Source: an uncultured Bacteriovoracaceae bacterium (GTDB taxonomy: Bacteria; Bdellovibrionota; UBA1018). From it: 64,000 nucleotides of DNA. How positions within the stretch are numbered: the first letter of the stretch is position 1; every line of letters starts with the position of its first letter. A model generated the notes under the pieces. It was not told where the DNA came from, did not search any database, and worked only from the letters and a program-made list of their open reading frames with translations. Positions 52,689 through 62,234 of this stretch are shown in pieces. The stretch lies in contig CAYIHX010000015.1 in assembly GCA_964363305.1 (NCBI GenBank), positions 1,173 through 65,172 of the forward strand, written 5' to 3'. The position numbers and the translations under genes were made by a program.

Positions 52689-53312
52689 ATGGAAATTACA
52701 GCAAATCTGGTGAGAGACCTGCGCGAAAAAACGGGCGCCGGGATGATGGACTGCAAGAAGGCCTTGGTTGAGACTTCGGGCGATTTTGAGAAGGCGATCG
52801 AGTATCTTCGAAAGAAGGGTATCGCTGCAGCCTCGAAAAAAGCAGGGCGTACTACCCGTGAGGGTGCGGTGACCTCCTATATTCATGGCGAAGGCCGTGT
52901 GGGTGTGTTGCTAGAGGTAAATTGCGAGACTGATTTTGTGGCTCGTACCGATCAGTTTCGGAATTTCGTGAAAGACGTGGCGATGCATGTCGCTGCGGCC
53001 TCTCCTCAATGGGTTCGCTCGGAAGAGGTGCCGGCCGAAATCATTGCGAAGGAAAAAGAGATCGCAGTCGCGCAGATGCAGAGTCAGAACAAGCCTCAGG
53101 CCGTCCTTGAGAAGATTGCCGAAGGTAAGGTCAAGAAGTTCTACGAGGACACTTGCCTGCTGCATCAGGTTTTTGTGAAAGATCCGAGCAAGACGATTGA
53201 GCAGCTTCAAAAAGAGACGATTGCGGTGCTTGGAGAGAACATTTCGATTCGTCGTTTCGCGCGTTTTGTTTTGGGCGAAGGCTTAATTCAATCTGAAGCG
53301 GCAGAAGGCTGA
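52689..53312 (+). CDS. tsf: Elongation factor Ts (short ~200-aa form)
   Basis: ITANLVRDLREKTGAGMMDCKKAL N-terminal UBA-like motif. Confidence 0.9.
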   Translation: MEITANLVRDLREKTGAGMMDCKKALVETSGDFEKAIEYLRKKGIAAASKKAGRTTREGAVTSYIHGEGRVGVLLEVNCETDFVARTDQFRNFVKDVAMHVAAASPQWVRSEEVPAEIIAKEKEIAVAQMQSQNKPQAVLEKIAEGKVKKFYEDTCLLHQVFVKDPSKTIEQLQKETIAVLGENISIRRFARFVLGEGLIQSEAAEG

Positions 53313-53328
53313 GAGGGGTATCATCGAT

Positions 53329-53886
53329 ATGTCTAAAGTGATTATCGATACTATGGCTCAGGTGATGGATAAGAGCATCCAGTCGTTGAAGGGCGAGTTC
53401 GCAAAGCTTCGCACAGGACGGGCCTCGACGGCTTTGGTGGATACGGTGCATGCGGACTATTATGGTTCAAGCGTACCGTTGAATCAGGTCGCGAACGTGA
53501 CGACCCCCGATGCCCGCACCATTCAGGTCGCCCCTTGGGAGCCCAATATGGTCGGTGCCATCGAGAAGGCGATTCTTGCTGCCAATATTGGGCTGACTCC
53601 TCAGAACGATGGAAAGGTCATTCGGATCAATCTTCCAGCTATGACGGAGGAGCGCCGCAAGGAGCTCGCGAAGCTAGTCAAGAAGATGGGCGAAGAGGCG
53701 AAGGTGGCTATTCGGAACTGTCGTCGTGACGGGAACGAAGAAGTGAAGAAAGCGGAGAAGAACAAGGTTCTCTCCGAAGACGAGGCCAAGAAGGTTCTTG
53801 AGCTCGTTCAAAAGAAGACAGACGAGAAAGTCGCGGAAGTCGACAAGGTCGTCGCCGGCAAGGAAAAGGAGATCATGACGGTCTAG
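53329..53886 (+). CDS. frr: Ribosome recycling factor
   Basis: 185 aa; KSIQSLKGEFAKLRTGRASTALVD typical of RRF. Confidence 0.9.
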   Translation: MSKVIIDTMAQVMDKSIQSLKGEFAKLRTGRASTALVDTVHADYYGSSVPLNQVANVTTPDARTIQVAPWEPNMVGAIEKAILAANIGLTPQNDGKVIRINLPAMTEERRKELAKLVKKMGEEAKVAIRNCRRDGNEEVKKAEKNKVLSEDEAKKVLELVQKKTDEKVAEVDKVVAGKEKEIMTV

Positions 53887-53891
53887 TCCGC

Positions 53892-54629
53892 ATGACTCAT
53901 GAATCGATTCCCCAGCATGTAGCAATCATAATGGATGGTAACGGTCGTTGGGCTCAGCGCCGCCACCATCCTCGGGTTTTTGGGCACGTACGTGGCTCAT
54001 CCCGAGTGAAGGCCATCGTCAAAGAGGCGGATCGCCTAGGGGTCAAAGCGTTGACTCTCTATGCTTTCTCGACGGAGAATTGGCGTCGCCCTGATGCCGA
54101 GCTCGACGTGCTTTGGCGGCTTCTCAAGAAGTACCTGGTGAGAGAAGCGGCTGATCTGAATCGGGAAAATGTCCGCCTTCGAGTCATCGGCGAGATCGAG
54201 CGTCTCCATCCCGAACTGCGTGCTACTCTGGATAGCACCATCGACATGCTTTCCAAAAATACCGGTCTCCAGCTGACATTTGCGCTTTCTTACGGTTCCC
54301 GGCGGGAACTTGTGCGGGCCGCGCAGCTTTTTGCGATGGATTGCCTGGATGGAAAGCGGCGTCCCGAGGAAATGTGCGAGGAGGTCATGAATGAGTATCT
54401 TTGGACCCAGTCATTGGGTGCGCTCGCGGAAGTCGATCTTGTGATTCGAACCAGTGGCGAAAAGCGAATTAGCAATTTCTTGCTGTGGCAGTCCGCCTAC
54501 GCGGAATATTATTTCACAGATGACTGTTGGCCGGATTTTACGGCTGAGCACTTGAAGCGCGCGGTCGCCGACTACTCGAGCCGAACGCGTAGGTTTGGGG
54601 GGGTTTTGGCCCCAGGAGGAACAAATTGA
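53892..54629 (+). CDS. uppS: Undecaprenyl-diphosphate synthase (cis-prenyltransferase)
   Basis: HVAIIMDGNGRWA and FSTENWRRP motifs. Confidence 0.9.
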   Translation: MTHESIPQHVAIIMDGNGRWAQRRHHPRVFGHVRGSSRVKAIVKEADRLGVKALTLYAFSTENWRRPDAELDVLWRLLKKYLVREAADLNRENVRLRVIGEIERLHPELRATLDSTIDMLSKNTGLQLTFALSYGSRRELVRAAQLFAMDCLDGKRRPEEMCEEVMNEYLWTQSLGALAEVDLVIRTSGEKRISNFLLWQSAYAEYYFTDDCWPDFTAEHLKRAVADYSSRTRRFGGVLAPGGTN

Positions 54630-55459
54630 GCGCAACTCGTGCGACAGAATTACAGAAGCGTGTGATGACTGGAGTTTTTGGAGGCGCAGCCCTGGTCGCT
54701 CTGATTTGGTTCGGCGGTCGATTCGGGATTTCTGTTCTTGCCGTACTTTTGTCTTTGCTCCTTCAGTGGGAATACTTGGCGATCATTTTTCATCTTCCGG
54801 ACCGTCAAGAAAAACGGTGGGTTCTTTTGGGAGCCACTTGGATGGTGACGTTTGTGAACTTCTGGATGCCTCGAACTGAGTTCGAGCTTCTCGTGATTTG
54901 CTTCATGGGTCTTTTTACGTATTTTCTTTTTACCTCTCGTCGCCATCAGGGGCCAAGCTTTGAGAGTCACTTTCGTGAGTTTGTCTTCGCGCTTTTCGGC
55001 CTTTTCTATCTGGTTTTCCTGCCTCTTTATTTTCCGCTTCTCAGCGACTCGGGTTACAGCATTCACTGGACCCTCCTTTTTCTCTTTATTGTGTGGGGTG
55101 GGGATACGGGGGCCTATTTTGTGGGTAGGGCGTATGGGCGGAGGAAGCTATTTCCGACCATTAGCCCTCAGAAGACTTGGGAGGGGTTCGCCGGTGGTCT
55201 TGTGACGGGACTAGTCATCACGATCATCTACAAGCTCCTGTTTTTTCAGAAGTTGGGCTGGGGCGGAGCGATTGTAACCCCCTTGCTGGTGGGGGCCATT
55301 GCTCCGGTCGGAGATCTGGCGGAAAGTTTTATGAAACGGGCGTATGATCTAAAAGATTCCGGCACGATTCTTCCTGGCCATGGTGGGGTGCTCGATCGTT
55401 TTGACGCAGTCTTGTTTGGGTTGCCGGTGATGTACGCCTGCATCCGCATCTTCGGATAG
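54626..55459 (+). CDS. cdsA: Phosphatidate cytidylyltransferase
   Basis: Multi-TM; C-terminal GDLAESFMKRAYDLKDSGTILPGHGGVLDRFD signature. Confidence 0.85.
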   Translation: MSATRATELQKRVMTGVFGGAALVALIWFGGRFGISVLAVLLSLLLQWEYLAIIFHLPDRQEKRWVLLGATWMVTFVNFWMPRTEFELLVICFMGLFTYFLFTSRRHQGPSFESHFREFVFALFGLFYLVFLPLYFPLLSDSGYSIHWTLLFLFIVWGGDTGAYFVGRAYGRRKLFPTISPQKTWEGFAGGLVTGLVITIIYKLLFFQKLGWGGAIVTPLLVGAIAPVGDLAESFMKRAYDLKDSGTILPGHGGVLDRFDAVLFGLPVMYACIRIFG

Positions 55460-55472
55460 GGGGTTCCCGCAC

Positions 55473-57116
55473 GTGCTTTCGATTCTGGGATTTATGGTGG
55501 TCTTGGGGCCATTGGTTGTTGTTCATGAGTTCGGTCACTTTCTTTTTGCGCGAATTTTTGGCGTGAAGGCCGAGGTGTTTTCAGTGGGTTTCGGCCCGAC
55601 TCTTTTTAAGAAGCAATGGGGCGAGACGGAGTACCGTTTGTCTTGGTTGCCGCTTGGGGGCTACGTGAAGCTGTTAGGCGCTGAGCCTGACGAGGAGCTG
55701 AGCGAGGCGGATCTGAAGCGTGCCCTTTATCGCCAAGCGCCCTGGAAAAGATTTTTTATTTTCTTTGGTGGCCCGCTGTTCAATTTTGTTTTTGCGGTCT
55801 TCGCTTTTATGGCGATTCTCATCATCGGAGAGCAACAGATCGCAAGCGTCGTGGGCCGTGTCATTCAGAGTTCCGCCGCTGAGATTGCCGGTTTTCGTCA
55901 GGGTGATCGTATTGTCGAGGTCCAGGGCAAGGCTGTTACCAAGTTTGAGGAAGTGGCGACGGCCCTTCATGATCTACCGAATCAGAGGGTGCAAATTGGC
56001 GTGATTCGAGAGGGTGCACCGAGAGATTCTCGTCCCGAAGTGCTTCAGGTGGAGACCAAGCCTGAAGCGGGCTTTTCGGTCTATGGCGAGGAAAAATCGA
56101 TTGGCACGATCGATGGGATTTTCCCCACGGCACGTTCGACCGAATTGGGGGTGTCGGATCCGCGATTGAAGGCCGGTGAATCGGGCTTGAAGACGGGGGA
56201 TAAAATCCTTGCGTTCAATGGCGTGGAGGTGAAGACCTGGGAGCAGCTTGAGCAGCGGGTCCGCAATATGCCGGTCGGCGAGTCTTTTCGCCTGACTATA
56301 CAGGCGAAGGAAGCTCTTTCTACCCCCCAGGCGATCGAGTTGCAGAAGACTTCGATGCGCGATGATCTTGGAACGCTTGCGGGGATATACTCGTCCGAAA
56401 TGTTTGTCGAAAAGACGCTTGAAGGTTCCCCTGCGGATCAGGCGGGATTAAAGGCTGGCGATCGGCTCATTTCGATCGACGGAAAGCAGCTGAGGAGTTT
56501 TTTTGAGTTGAAGGACGCCATCCAACATGGCGGAGAGAAGAATGGCAAGGTTCAAGTAAAGTGGCAGCGAAACGGCGAAATTTTTGATCGCGAAATTGCG
56601 CCGACGGCCACTCAGTCTCGGGATCCGTTGTTGAAGAAGCAGGTCGCTTTTACTATCGGGGTCGTGCCGCAGCTATTTTGGGCTGAGCCAGAATTTGTGG
56701 TGGAGCGGGTTTTTAATCCTTTCAAGCTCGTTTACCTGGCGACGGAGAGGATGGCCGTATTTTCGTGGCGTAATCTGGTTTCCATTCGGAAGATGTTTAC
56801 CGGGGATGTTTCCGTAGCGACGTTGGGTGGGCCGATTTTAATCGGCAAGATCGCGGGGGAATCGCTTTCTCGGGGTTTGATTGCGGTTCTGACGACGATG
56901 GCGGTCTTGTCCGTGGGACTAGGCGTGCTCAATATTTTGCCGGTGCCGGTTCTCGATGGTGGACACCTTCTTTTGCTGGGTATTGAGATGGTGCGAGGCA
57001 AGCCCTTGACCCTGAGGCAGATGGAGATCGTCCAGCAGGTGGGACTTTCTCTGATCGTCCTGCTGATGGTCGTGGTGATGAAGAATGACCTTTCCCGGTT
57101 ACCCATTTTTAACTGA
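55473..57116 (+). CDS. rseP: RIP site-2 zinc metalloprotease RseP with two PDZ domains
   Basis: HEFGHFLFARIFGV (HExxH), PDZ regions, C-terminal LDGGH. Confidence 0.9.
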   Translation: MLSILGFMVVLGPLVVVHEFGHFLFARIFGVKAEVFSVGFGPTLFKKQWGETEYRLSWLPLGGYVKLLGAEPDEELSEADLKRALYRQAPWKRFFIFFGGPLFNFVFAVFAFMAILIIGEQQIASVVGRVIQSSAAEIAGFRQGDRIVEVQGKAVTKFEEVATALHDLPNQRVQIGVIREGAPRDSRPEVLQVETKPEAGFSVYGEEKSIGTIDGIFPTARSTELGVSDPRLKAGESGLKTGDKILAFNGVEVKTWEQLEQRVRNMPVGESFRLTIQAKEALSTPQAIELQKTSMRDDLGTLAGIYSSEMFVEKTLEGSPADQAGLKAGDRLISIDGKQLRSFFELKDAIQHGGEKNGKVQVKWQRNGEIFDREIAPTATQSRDPLLKKQVAFTIGVVPQLFWAEPEFVVERVFNPFKLVYLATERMAVFSWRNLVSIRKMFTGDVSVATLGGPILIGKIAGESLSRGLIAVLTTMAVLSVGLGVLNILPVPVLDGGHLLLLGIEMVRGKPLTLRQMEIVQQVGLSLIVLLMVVVMKNDLSRLPIFN

Positions 57117-57134
57117 AGTGCTGAAGCGAAGAAA

Positions 57135-57959
57135 ATGCGCCTAATAGCTTGGGATAGCTCAACCAAATCCGGTGTTATCGTCGCGACCGAGTGGGACGAG
57201 AATGCAAAGGGCGAAGCGTCTTTGCCTCGCCTTGTTTCGGAATGGACCCTGAATGTCGATGCCGCTCATAGTGATCGCTTGCTTTGGGGGATACACCAAA
57301 CACTCGAGGCGGCCCGGTGGCGACTCGGGGACGTCGATTTATTTGGAGTGGGGGTTGGGCCGGGCAGTTTCACTGGTTTGAGAATTGGTGTAACAACCGC
57401 GCGGACTCTTTCTTTGGTCCAGAAGAAGCCTTTGGTCGGCGTCTCGAGTTTGGCGGCGGCGGCGCGTCCCGCCGCTGCTTGGGCATCTGCCATGGGCCGC
57501 AAGACCCTGATTGTCGCCGCGAATGACGCCTGCAAGAATGAGGTTTTTGCTCTGTGGGGAAGCGCGCGATCTGTCGTTGACTGCGTGGCCATGGCAGATG
57601 GCGATCGCCCGGGGATCTGGAAGCGTGGAGTAGAGGAAAAGGTGATTTCTCCTGGGGAGCTCGCGCTTGCCCTGAAGAAAAAATACGGGGAAGAGATGGA
57701 TGGCTGGGTCTGTATCGGAGATGCCTGGACTCGGTACCCGGACATCTGGAAAGCGCTGCCGGCTCGTCGACGAATCGTGGCCCCTCTTCCGGGGTCAGCG
57801 TTGGTTCAGGGCCGGGCGTTGGGTATTCTGGTGTGGGAAGCCCATCAGGCGGGCCTGGGGAGGCCTCCACAGGAGGTGAAGCCCCGTTATCTTCGCGCGT
57901 CAGACGCAGAGATGAAACTCAAGGCGGGACTTCTTCCCAAGGGACCTACTCGAGGGTAA
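57135..57959 (+). CDS. tsaB: tRNA threonylcarbamoyladenosine biosynthesis protein TsaB (YeaZ-like)
   Basis: MRLIAWDSSTKSGVIVA...GPGSFTGLRIGVTTARTL. Confidence 0.75.
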   Translation: MRLIAWDSSTKSGVIVATEWDENAKGEASLPRLVSEWTLNVDAAHSDRLLWGIHQTLEAARWRLGDVDLFGVGVGPGSFTGLRIGVTTARTLSLVQKKPLVGVSSLAAAARPAAAWASAMGRKTLIVAANDACKNEVFALWGSARSVVDCVAMADGDRPGIWKRGVEEKVISPGELALALKKKYGEEMDGWVCIGDAWTRYPDIWKALPARRRIVAPLPGSALVQGRALGILVWEAHQAGLGRPPQEVKPRYLRASDAEMKLKAGLLPKGPTRG

Positions 57960-58013
57960 GAAACTTGAATCAAACCCAAGTTCCGCCCGAATGGAAAACG
58001 AGGCTCATGCGTT

Positions 58014-58781
58014 ATGAGAAAAATTTATATCGTTCCCAACATCGTTACGACCGCAAACATGTTCTGCGGCTTCTTCTCGGTCCTCGCGTCGATACGCGGG
58101 GACTTCCAGACGGCGTCGTGGTCTATTCTTGCTGCCGCAGTATTTGACATGCTGGATGGCCGCATCGCTCGTTTGGCGAGGGCGACTAGTCAGTTTGGAG
58201 TCGAGTATGACTCTCTTTCCGATCTGATTTCGTTTGGATTTGCGCCCGCCATTCTACTGTACCAGTGGGCGCTGGATCCATTCGGACGCCTCGGAGGGGT
58301 GGCTGCTTTTCTTTACCTCGCCTGTGCGGCGCTGAGACTGGCTCGCTTTAACGTAACGTCGTCCGTGTTACCCAAGGCTTATTTTCAAGGGGTAGCCAGC
58401 CCCATCGCTGCCGGAACGATCGCGACTTTCGTCATTTTTAATCAGGCGACCGGTTTGCCCAACGCGTGGGAGCCTTCGGTTTTTAGTCGCGAAAACATGT
58501 CGTTGATTCTCGCCTTTGGGTTGGCGGCGCTCATGGTGAGCACGTTGAGGTTTCCGTCCTTCAAGGAGCTCAATTGGCGCTCGCGAGCTAGTTTCGGGTA
58601 CCTCATGATCGGCGTCCTCGCGATGGTCTTCGTAGCGATTCGCCCTGAGATCACCCTGTTCTTGCTGTGCTTTGGCTATGTGATCGGTGGTTTGTTTATG
58701 AATTTGTATCGGCTGTTCCCATCGAAGGCTCGTCGCGCGGAAATTGAACGCGCGGAAGCGGAAGAGGAGGCGTCACATTGA
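58014..58781 (+). CDS. pssA: CDP-diacylglycerol--serine O-phosphatidyltransferase (CDP-alcohol phosphatidyltransferase family)
   Basis: PNIVTTANMFCGFFSV...AAVFDMLDGRIAR...DSLSDLISFG (D-x2-DG-x2-AR...G-x3-D-x3-D). Confidence 0.85.
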   Translation: MRKIYIVPNIVTTANMFCGFFSVLASIRGDFQTASWSILAAAVFDMLDGRIARLARATSQFGVEYDSLSDLISFGFAPAILLYQWALDPFGRLGGVAAFLYLACAALRLARFNVTSSVLPKAYFQGVASPIAAGTIATFVIFNQATGLPNAWEPSVFSRENMSLILAFGLAALMVSTLRFPSFKELNWRSRASFGYLMIGVLAMVFVAIRPEITLFLLCFGYVIGGLFMNLYRLFPSKARRAEIERAEAEEEASH

Positions 58782-59839
58782 AAGTAGCAGTGGTCGGTGC
58801 AACGGGGGCGGTCGGCCAGCAGCTCCTTTCAATATTGGCGCAAAGAAAATTTCCGGTGTCCGAGCTGCTTCTGTTCTCCTCGTCTCGCTCTGTCGGGAAG
58901 GTGATTTCCTTCGCGGGACGTAATCATTCCTGTCGAGAGCTTGCTCCTGGGTGCTTCGAGGGGGTCGCTTTCGCCTTTTTCGATGCTTCCGATGCCGTTT
59001 CGAAGGAATGGGTGCCTCAGGCGGCCCGCTCGGGTGCCTGGGTGGTCGATAATTCGGCGACGTTTCGCGCTCATCCGGAGGCTTTGTTGATTGTGCCCGA
59101 GGTGAATGGCGAACTGCTGGATCGGAGGGTGGCCGAGGGGCTGCCCGGGAAGACGGAGCTTGCTCGGGTGATCGCAGGGCCGAATTGCTCGACGGCTCAA
59201 CTGGTGGTCGCGCTCAAGCCGCTCCACGATCGCTTCGGACTCAAGCGGGTGGTGGTTTCCTCCTATCAGAGTACGAGTGGAGCAGGCGCGGCAGCGATGA
59301 AAGAGCTAGTGGACCAGCTTCGCGCCGCCCTGGACGGAAAGCCGCTGATTACGCAGGCCTTTGCTCACCAGATTGCGTTTAATTGCATCCCGCAGATCGG
59401 TGGGGTGAAGGAAGACGCTTACACCAGCGAGGAGCAGAAAATTCATCAAGAGAGCCGAATTTTGCTCGGATTACCTAAGCTTCGCATTACGGCAACGGCG
59501 GTACGGGTGCCGACCTTGGCATGCCACGGCGAGTCAGTAAATGTTGAGTTTGAACGACCCTGTGCTGTGGATGTGGCCCGTGAAGTGTTGCGTGGGCATC
59601 CTGGCGTCATTGTGCAGGATGAGCCAGAAAAGGGGGTTTATCCGATGGGTCAGACCGCGCCGGGTTCAGCCGTCGAGTGTGGCGCAGGGCGTGATGGCGT
59701 CTATGTTGGCAGGATTCGGCAGGATGCCTCTGTCGATTCAGGACTGAATTTTTGGGTGGTTTCAGATAACCTAAGGAAAGGTGCAGCTCTTAACGCGGTT
59801 CAGATTGGAGAACGGATTCTCTTGGCTGTTCGGCGCTAG
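58778..59839 (+). CDS. asd: Aspartate-semialdehyde dehydrogenase
   Basis: MKVAVVGATGAVGQ...GPNCSTAQLVVAL (active-site Cys). Confidence 0.9.
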   Translation: MKVAVVGATGAVGQQLLSILAQRKFPVSELLLFSSSRSVGKVISFAGRNHSCRELAPGCFEGVAFAFFDASDAVSKEWVPQAARSGAWVVDNSATFRAHPEALLIVPEVNGELLDRRVAEGLPGKTELARVIAGPNCSTAQLVVALKPLHDRFGLKRVVVSSYQSTSGAGAAAMKELVDQLRAALDGKPLITQAFAHQIAFNCIPQIGGVKEDAYTSEEQKIHQESRILLGLPKLRITATAVRVPTLACHGESVNVEFERPCAVDVAREVLRGHPGVIVQDEPEKGVYPMGQTAPGSAVECGAGRDGVYVGRIRQDASVDSGLNFWVVSDNLRKGAALNAVQIGERILLAVRR

Positions 59840-61283
59840 CCTCTTAACCGGGGGGCTCGCGTCTGGCGATGCTTGGGCCCAGACCGTTACGCCTTCCCCT
59901 AGTCCTACTACGGCGCTGACGACTTTTATTGATCCTCCGGCGCCCTATACTTGGACCCGAGAGACGGGAAATGTTTATTTTGCGGCCTTAAGCGACGCGG
60001 GATTCGCGGTCAATACGGCCCTCAGTTTTAAAAATTGGGATCTCGCGGCTACCTCGGATCTTCCGACAGACGATGGTTTGGTCTATTTCGATTTTCGAAT
60101 CGAAAAGAGTGTCACAGCGACTGCTGGAAAAAAGCTGGTTCTCGTGGTCGAGACCGATTTGCGAGAGGGGAGTCCTCGCCATGCGTACATCCCCCTCTAT
60201 TCAGCGGGAAATACCTTGTGCTCGGCGGGCGCGAGCTGCCTTTTCCCGTATCTGAAACCGAGCCAAGATCCGACTGCGTTGCCGGCTCCGACCCCCAATT
60301 CGATCGTCTACCAGGCGGTCGATTTTGGATCGGCGCCGCGGACGCTCCGAGTGGGGTTTTTTCTCGCGGATATATGCGCGAATATCGGAGACGGTACGAT
60401 ACGCCCCTACGGCTGCCAAGACGGCTCGGCGACTTCGATCGATACACCGACGAACGGAGTGCCTGCGGTATTCTCCCTCAAGTTTCAGATTCGCGAAGTG
60501 GCGCTGGCTGCGACCGAGGTACTGCTCGGCGATACGAAAAAAGAGGAACTCAAGGTCGTTCTAAATGTTCAGTCGAACGGTCCTACGGTGTCTTGTAGCG
60601 TGTCGGAGATCTATTTTCCTGGAGACGGGCAGATTCTCTTGAATTCGGACAAGGTAGTCGGCGCACGGCAGACAGGAACCGCTCCGATCGCAAAAGTCGT
60701 TGTCCTGGGAGAGAAGCTGCCCGGCAGCCCGGATACGGGTATTCCGCCTTCTGTCAGCAACGACATTGTGGCCTACGTGTTACCGACCGGATCGAATGTC
60801 GTCTCCGGTTTTGAGAATACGACGGACGGCTCCGACAATCAGTACGTTTTGGCTTTCAATGTGATGGACGAAGCAGGTGTCATGCCGCTTCAGGCATCGT
60901 CTTGTCGCCTCGGAGATGGAGCCGGTGAGATCGGCGTTCAAACGTCAGCGGTTCAAGGTTTTTTAGGTGGAAATTCGTGTTTCGTCGCGACCGCCGCTTT
61001 TGGCTCGACTGAGCACGAAGTAGTGAAGGAGCTCCGTCGCTTCAGGGATCAGTTTTTGGCTCGCTCGCGCTTGGGTCGGAGCATGATTGAGCTTTATTAT
61101 TTTTGGTCGCCCGGGGCGGCCGCTTGGGTCGATGCGAACGCTCTGATGAGATTGCCGGCGCTTTTTTTTCTTATTCCATTCGAATTCGCCGCGTGGCTAT
61201 TGCTGCGACCGGGTCTGCTTCTCGTATTGTTCCTGATGACCGCCTGTGGTTCGGGTCTCCTTGTTTTAGGGAGGAGGGTTTGA
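59781..61283 (+). CDS. Large secreted protein with conserved C-terminal CFVATAAFGS...LRRFRD module plus hydrophobic tail
   Basis: Signal-like N-terminus (LFGASLLTGGLASGDAWAQ). C-terminal CFVATAAFGSTEHEVVKELRRFRDQFLARSRLGRSMIELYYFWSP followed by TM-like LLLRPGLLLVLFLMTAC. Start uncertain (overlaps asd end). Confidence 0.5.
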   Translation: MQLLTRFRLENGFSWLFGASLLTGGLASGDAWAQTVTPSPSPTTALTTFIDPPAPYTWTRETGNVYFAALSDAGFAVNTALSFKNWDLAATSDLPTDDGLVYFDFRIEKSVTATAGKKLVLVVETDLREGSPRHAYIPLYSAGNTLCSAGASCLFPYLKPSQDPTALPAPTPNSIVYQAVDFGSAPRTLRVGFFLADICANIGDGTIRPYGCQDGSATSIDTPTNGVPAVFSLKFQIREVALAATEVLLGDTKKEELKVVLNVQSNGPTVSCSVSEIYFPGDGQILLNSDKVVGARQTGTAPIAKVVVLGEKLPGSPDTGIPPSVSNDIVAYVLPTGSNVVSGFENTTDGSDNQYVLAFNVMDEAGVMPLQASSCRLGDGAGEIGVQTSAVQGFLGGNSCFVATAAFGSTEHEVVKELRRFRDQFLARSRLGRSMIELYYFWSPGAAAWVDANALMRLPALFFLIPFEFAAWLLLRPGLLLVLFLMTACGSGLLVLGRRV

Positions 61284-62231
61284 ATGCTTGCCCTCATGCT
61301 GTGTGGCTCGCTGTTGGCGGCAAATGGGCGAGCGATTGAAACGGTTCAGCAGCCCTATATTGATGGCCTCTTAACCGAAATGAGGGAGGAGGACCCGGAT
61401 AGTTTCAAAACGCCGAACGAAGCGCTCAAGGTTGACGGTGTGGCCCCCCAGGGGAGCTATCTGGAGGAGCTGAAGGAAGACGAGCCGAATATTTTTTCGC
61501 ATACCGAGGGGCCGCTCAAGCCGGTCGATCCCGAGCCTCCGGCGGTGAGTCCGATCGCGGATACCTTGGCTGGACGAACAAGGAAATCTACCGAGAAGAG
61601 AGGAACGACGCTTAACGCGTTCGGAATGAGGTTTAACGCGTTCGCGACGAGGGGTTTCTCGGCTACGAGTTCCGCTCGCGTATTCTCTGAAATCTACTCC
61701 TCCAGCTGGTATCCGGAAATCATGCTGTTCTACGAGCGTCAGCTTTTTCATAGCGAGAACTGGGGCAGCGTGGGTCTGGTCGGTACTGTGGGCTTTGGTT
61801 ATTTCTACGGTAAGGGTGTTTTCGCATTCGAGCTGAACAAGGCTTGGGATCCTGCAAGTTCGTTCGGGTCCGTGTCCCAAACGTCGTTCTCGTTTCTTTC
61901 TTTTCCGGCATTTGTCGGTCTCAATTACCGATTGAATCTTTTACGAATGTTTCGTCCGTATGCACAGGCCATGGTCGGAGGTCTGGGCGCGGCAGAAACT
62001 CGCAACGACAACCATCCCACGACCTTTGGGTACGGTTTGGCGTTCGCCTTCGGAGGCGGCGTGAATTTTCTCCTCGACTGGCTGAATCCCGGTACGAGTT
62101 TTGAGCTCTATGATGCAACCGGAGTTCAGCGCTATTTTCTTACCGGAGACATGACCGTGCAAACCCCTCTGTTCGGGGGTATCCGATATTCCAACGTAGC
62201 TTTCAGCTTTGGAATGACTTACGAGTTCTAG
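61284..62231 (+). CDS. Outer-membrane beta-barrel protein (hypothetical), co-transcribed with the upstream gene
   Basis: Signal peptide, alternating aromatic/Gly strands, C-terminal ...MTYEF. ATG is immediately after the upstream TGA. Confidence 0.45.
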   Translation: MLALMLCGSLLAANGRAIETVQQPYIDGLLTEMREEDPDSFKTPNEALKVDGVAPQGSYLEELKEDEPNIFSHTEGPLKPVDPEPPAVSPIADTLAGRTRKSTEKRGTTLNAFGMRFNAFATRGFSATSSARVFSEIYSSSWYPEIMLFYERQLFHSENWGSVGLVGTVGFGYFYGKGVFAFELNKAWDPASSFGSVSQTSFSFLSFPAFVGLNYRLNLLRMFRPYAQAMVGGLGAAETRNDNHPTTFGYGLAFAFGGGVNFLLDWLNPGTSFELYDATGVQRYFLTGDMTVQTPLFGGIRYSNVAFSFGMTYEF

Positions 62232-62234
62232 CCG

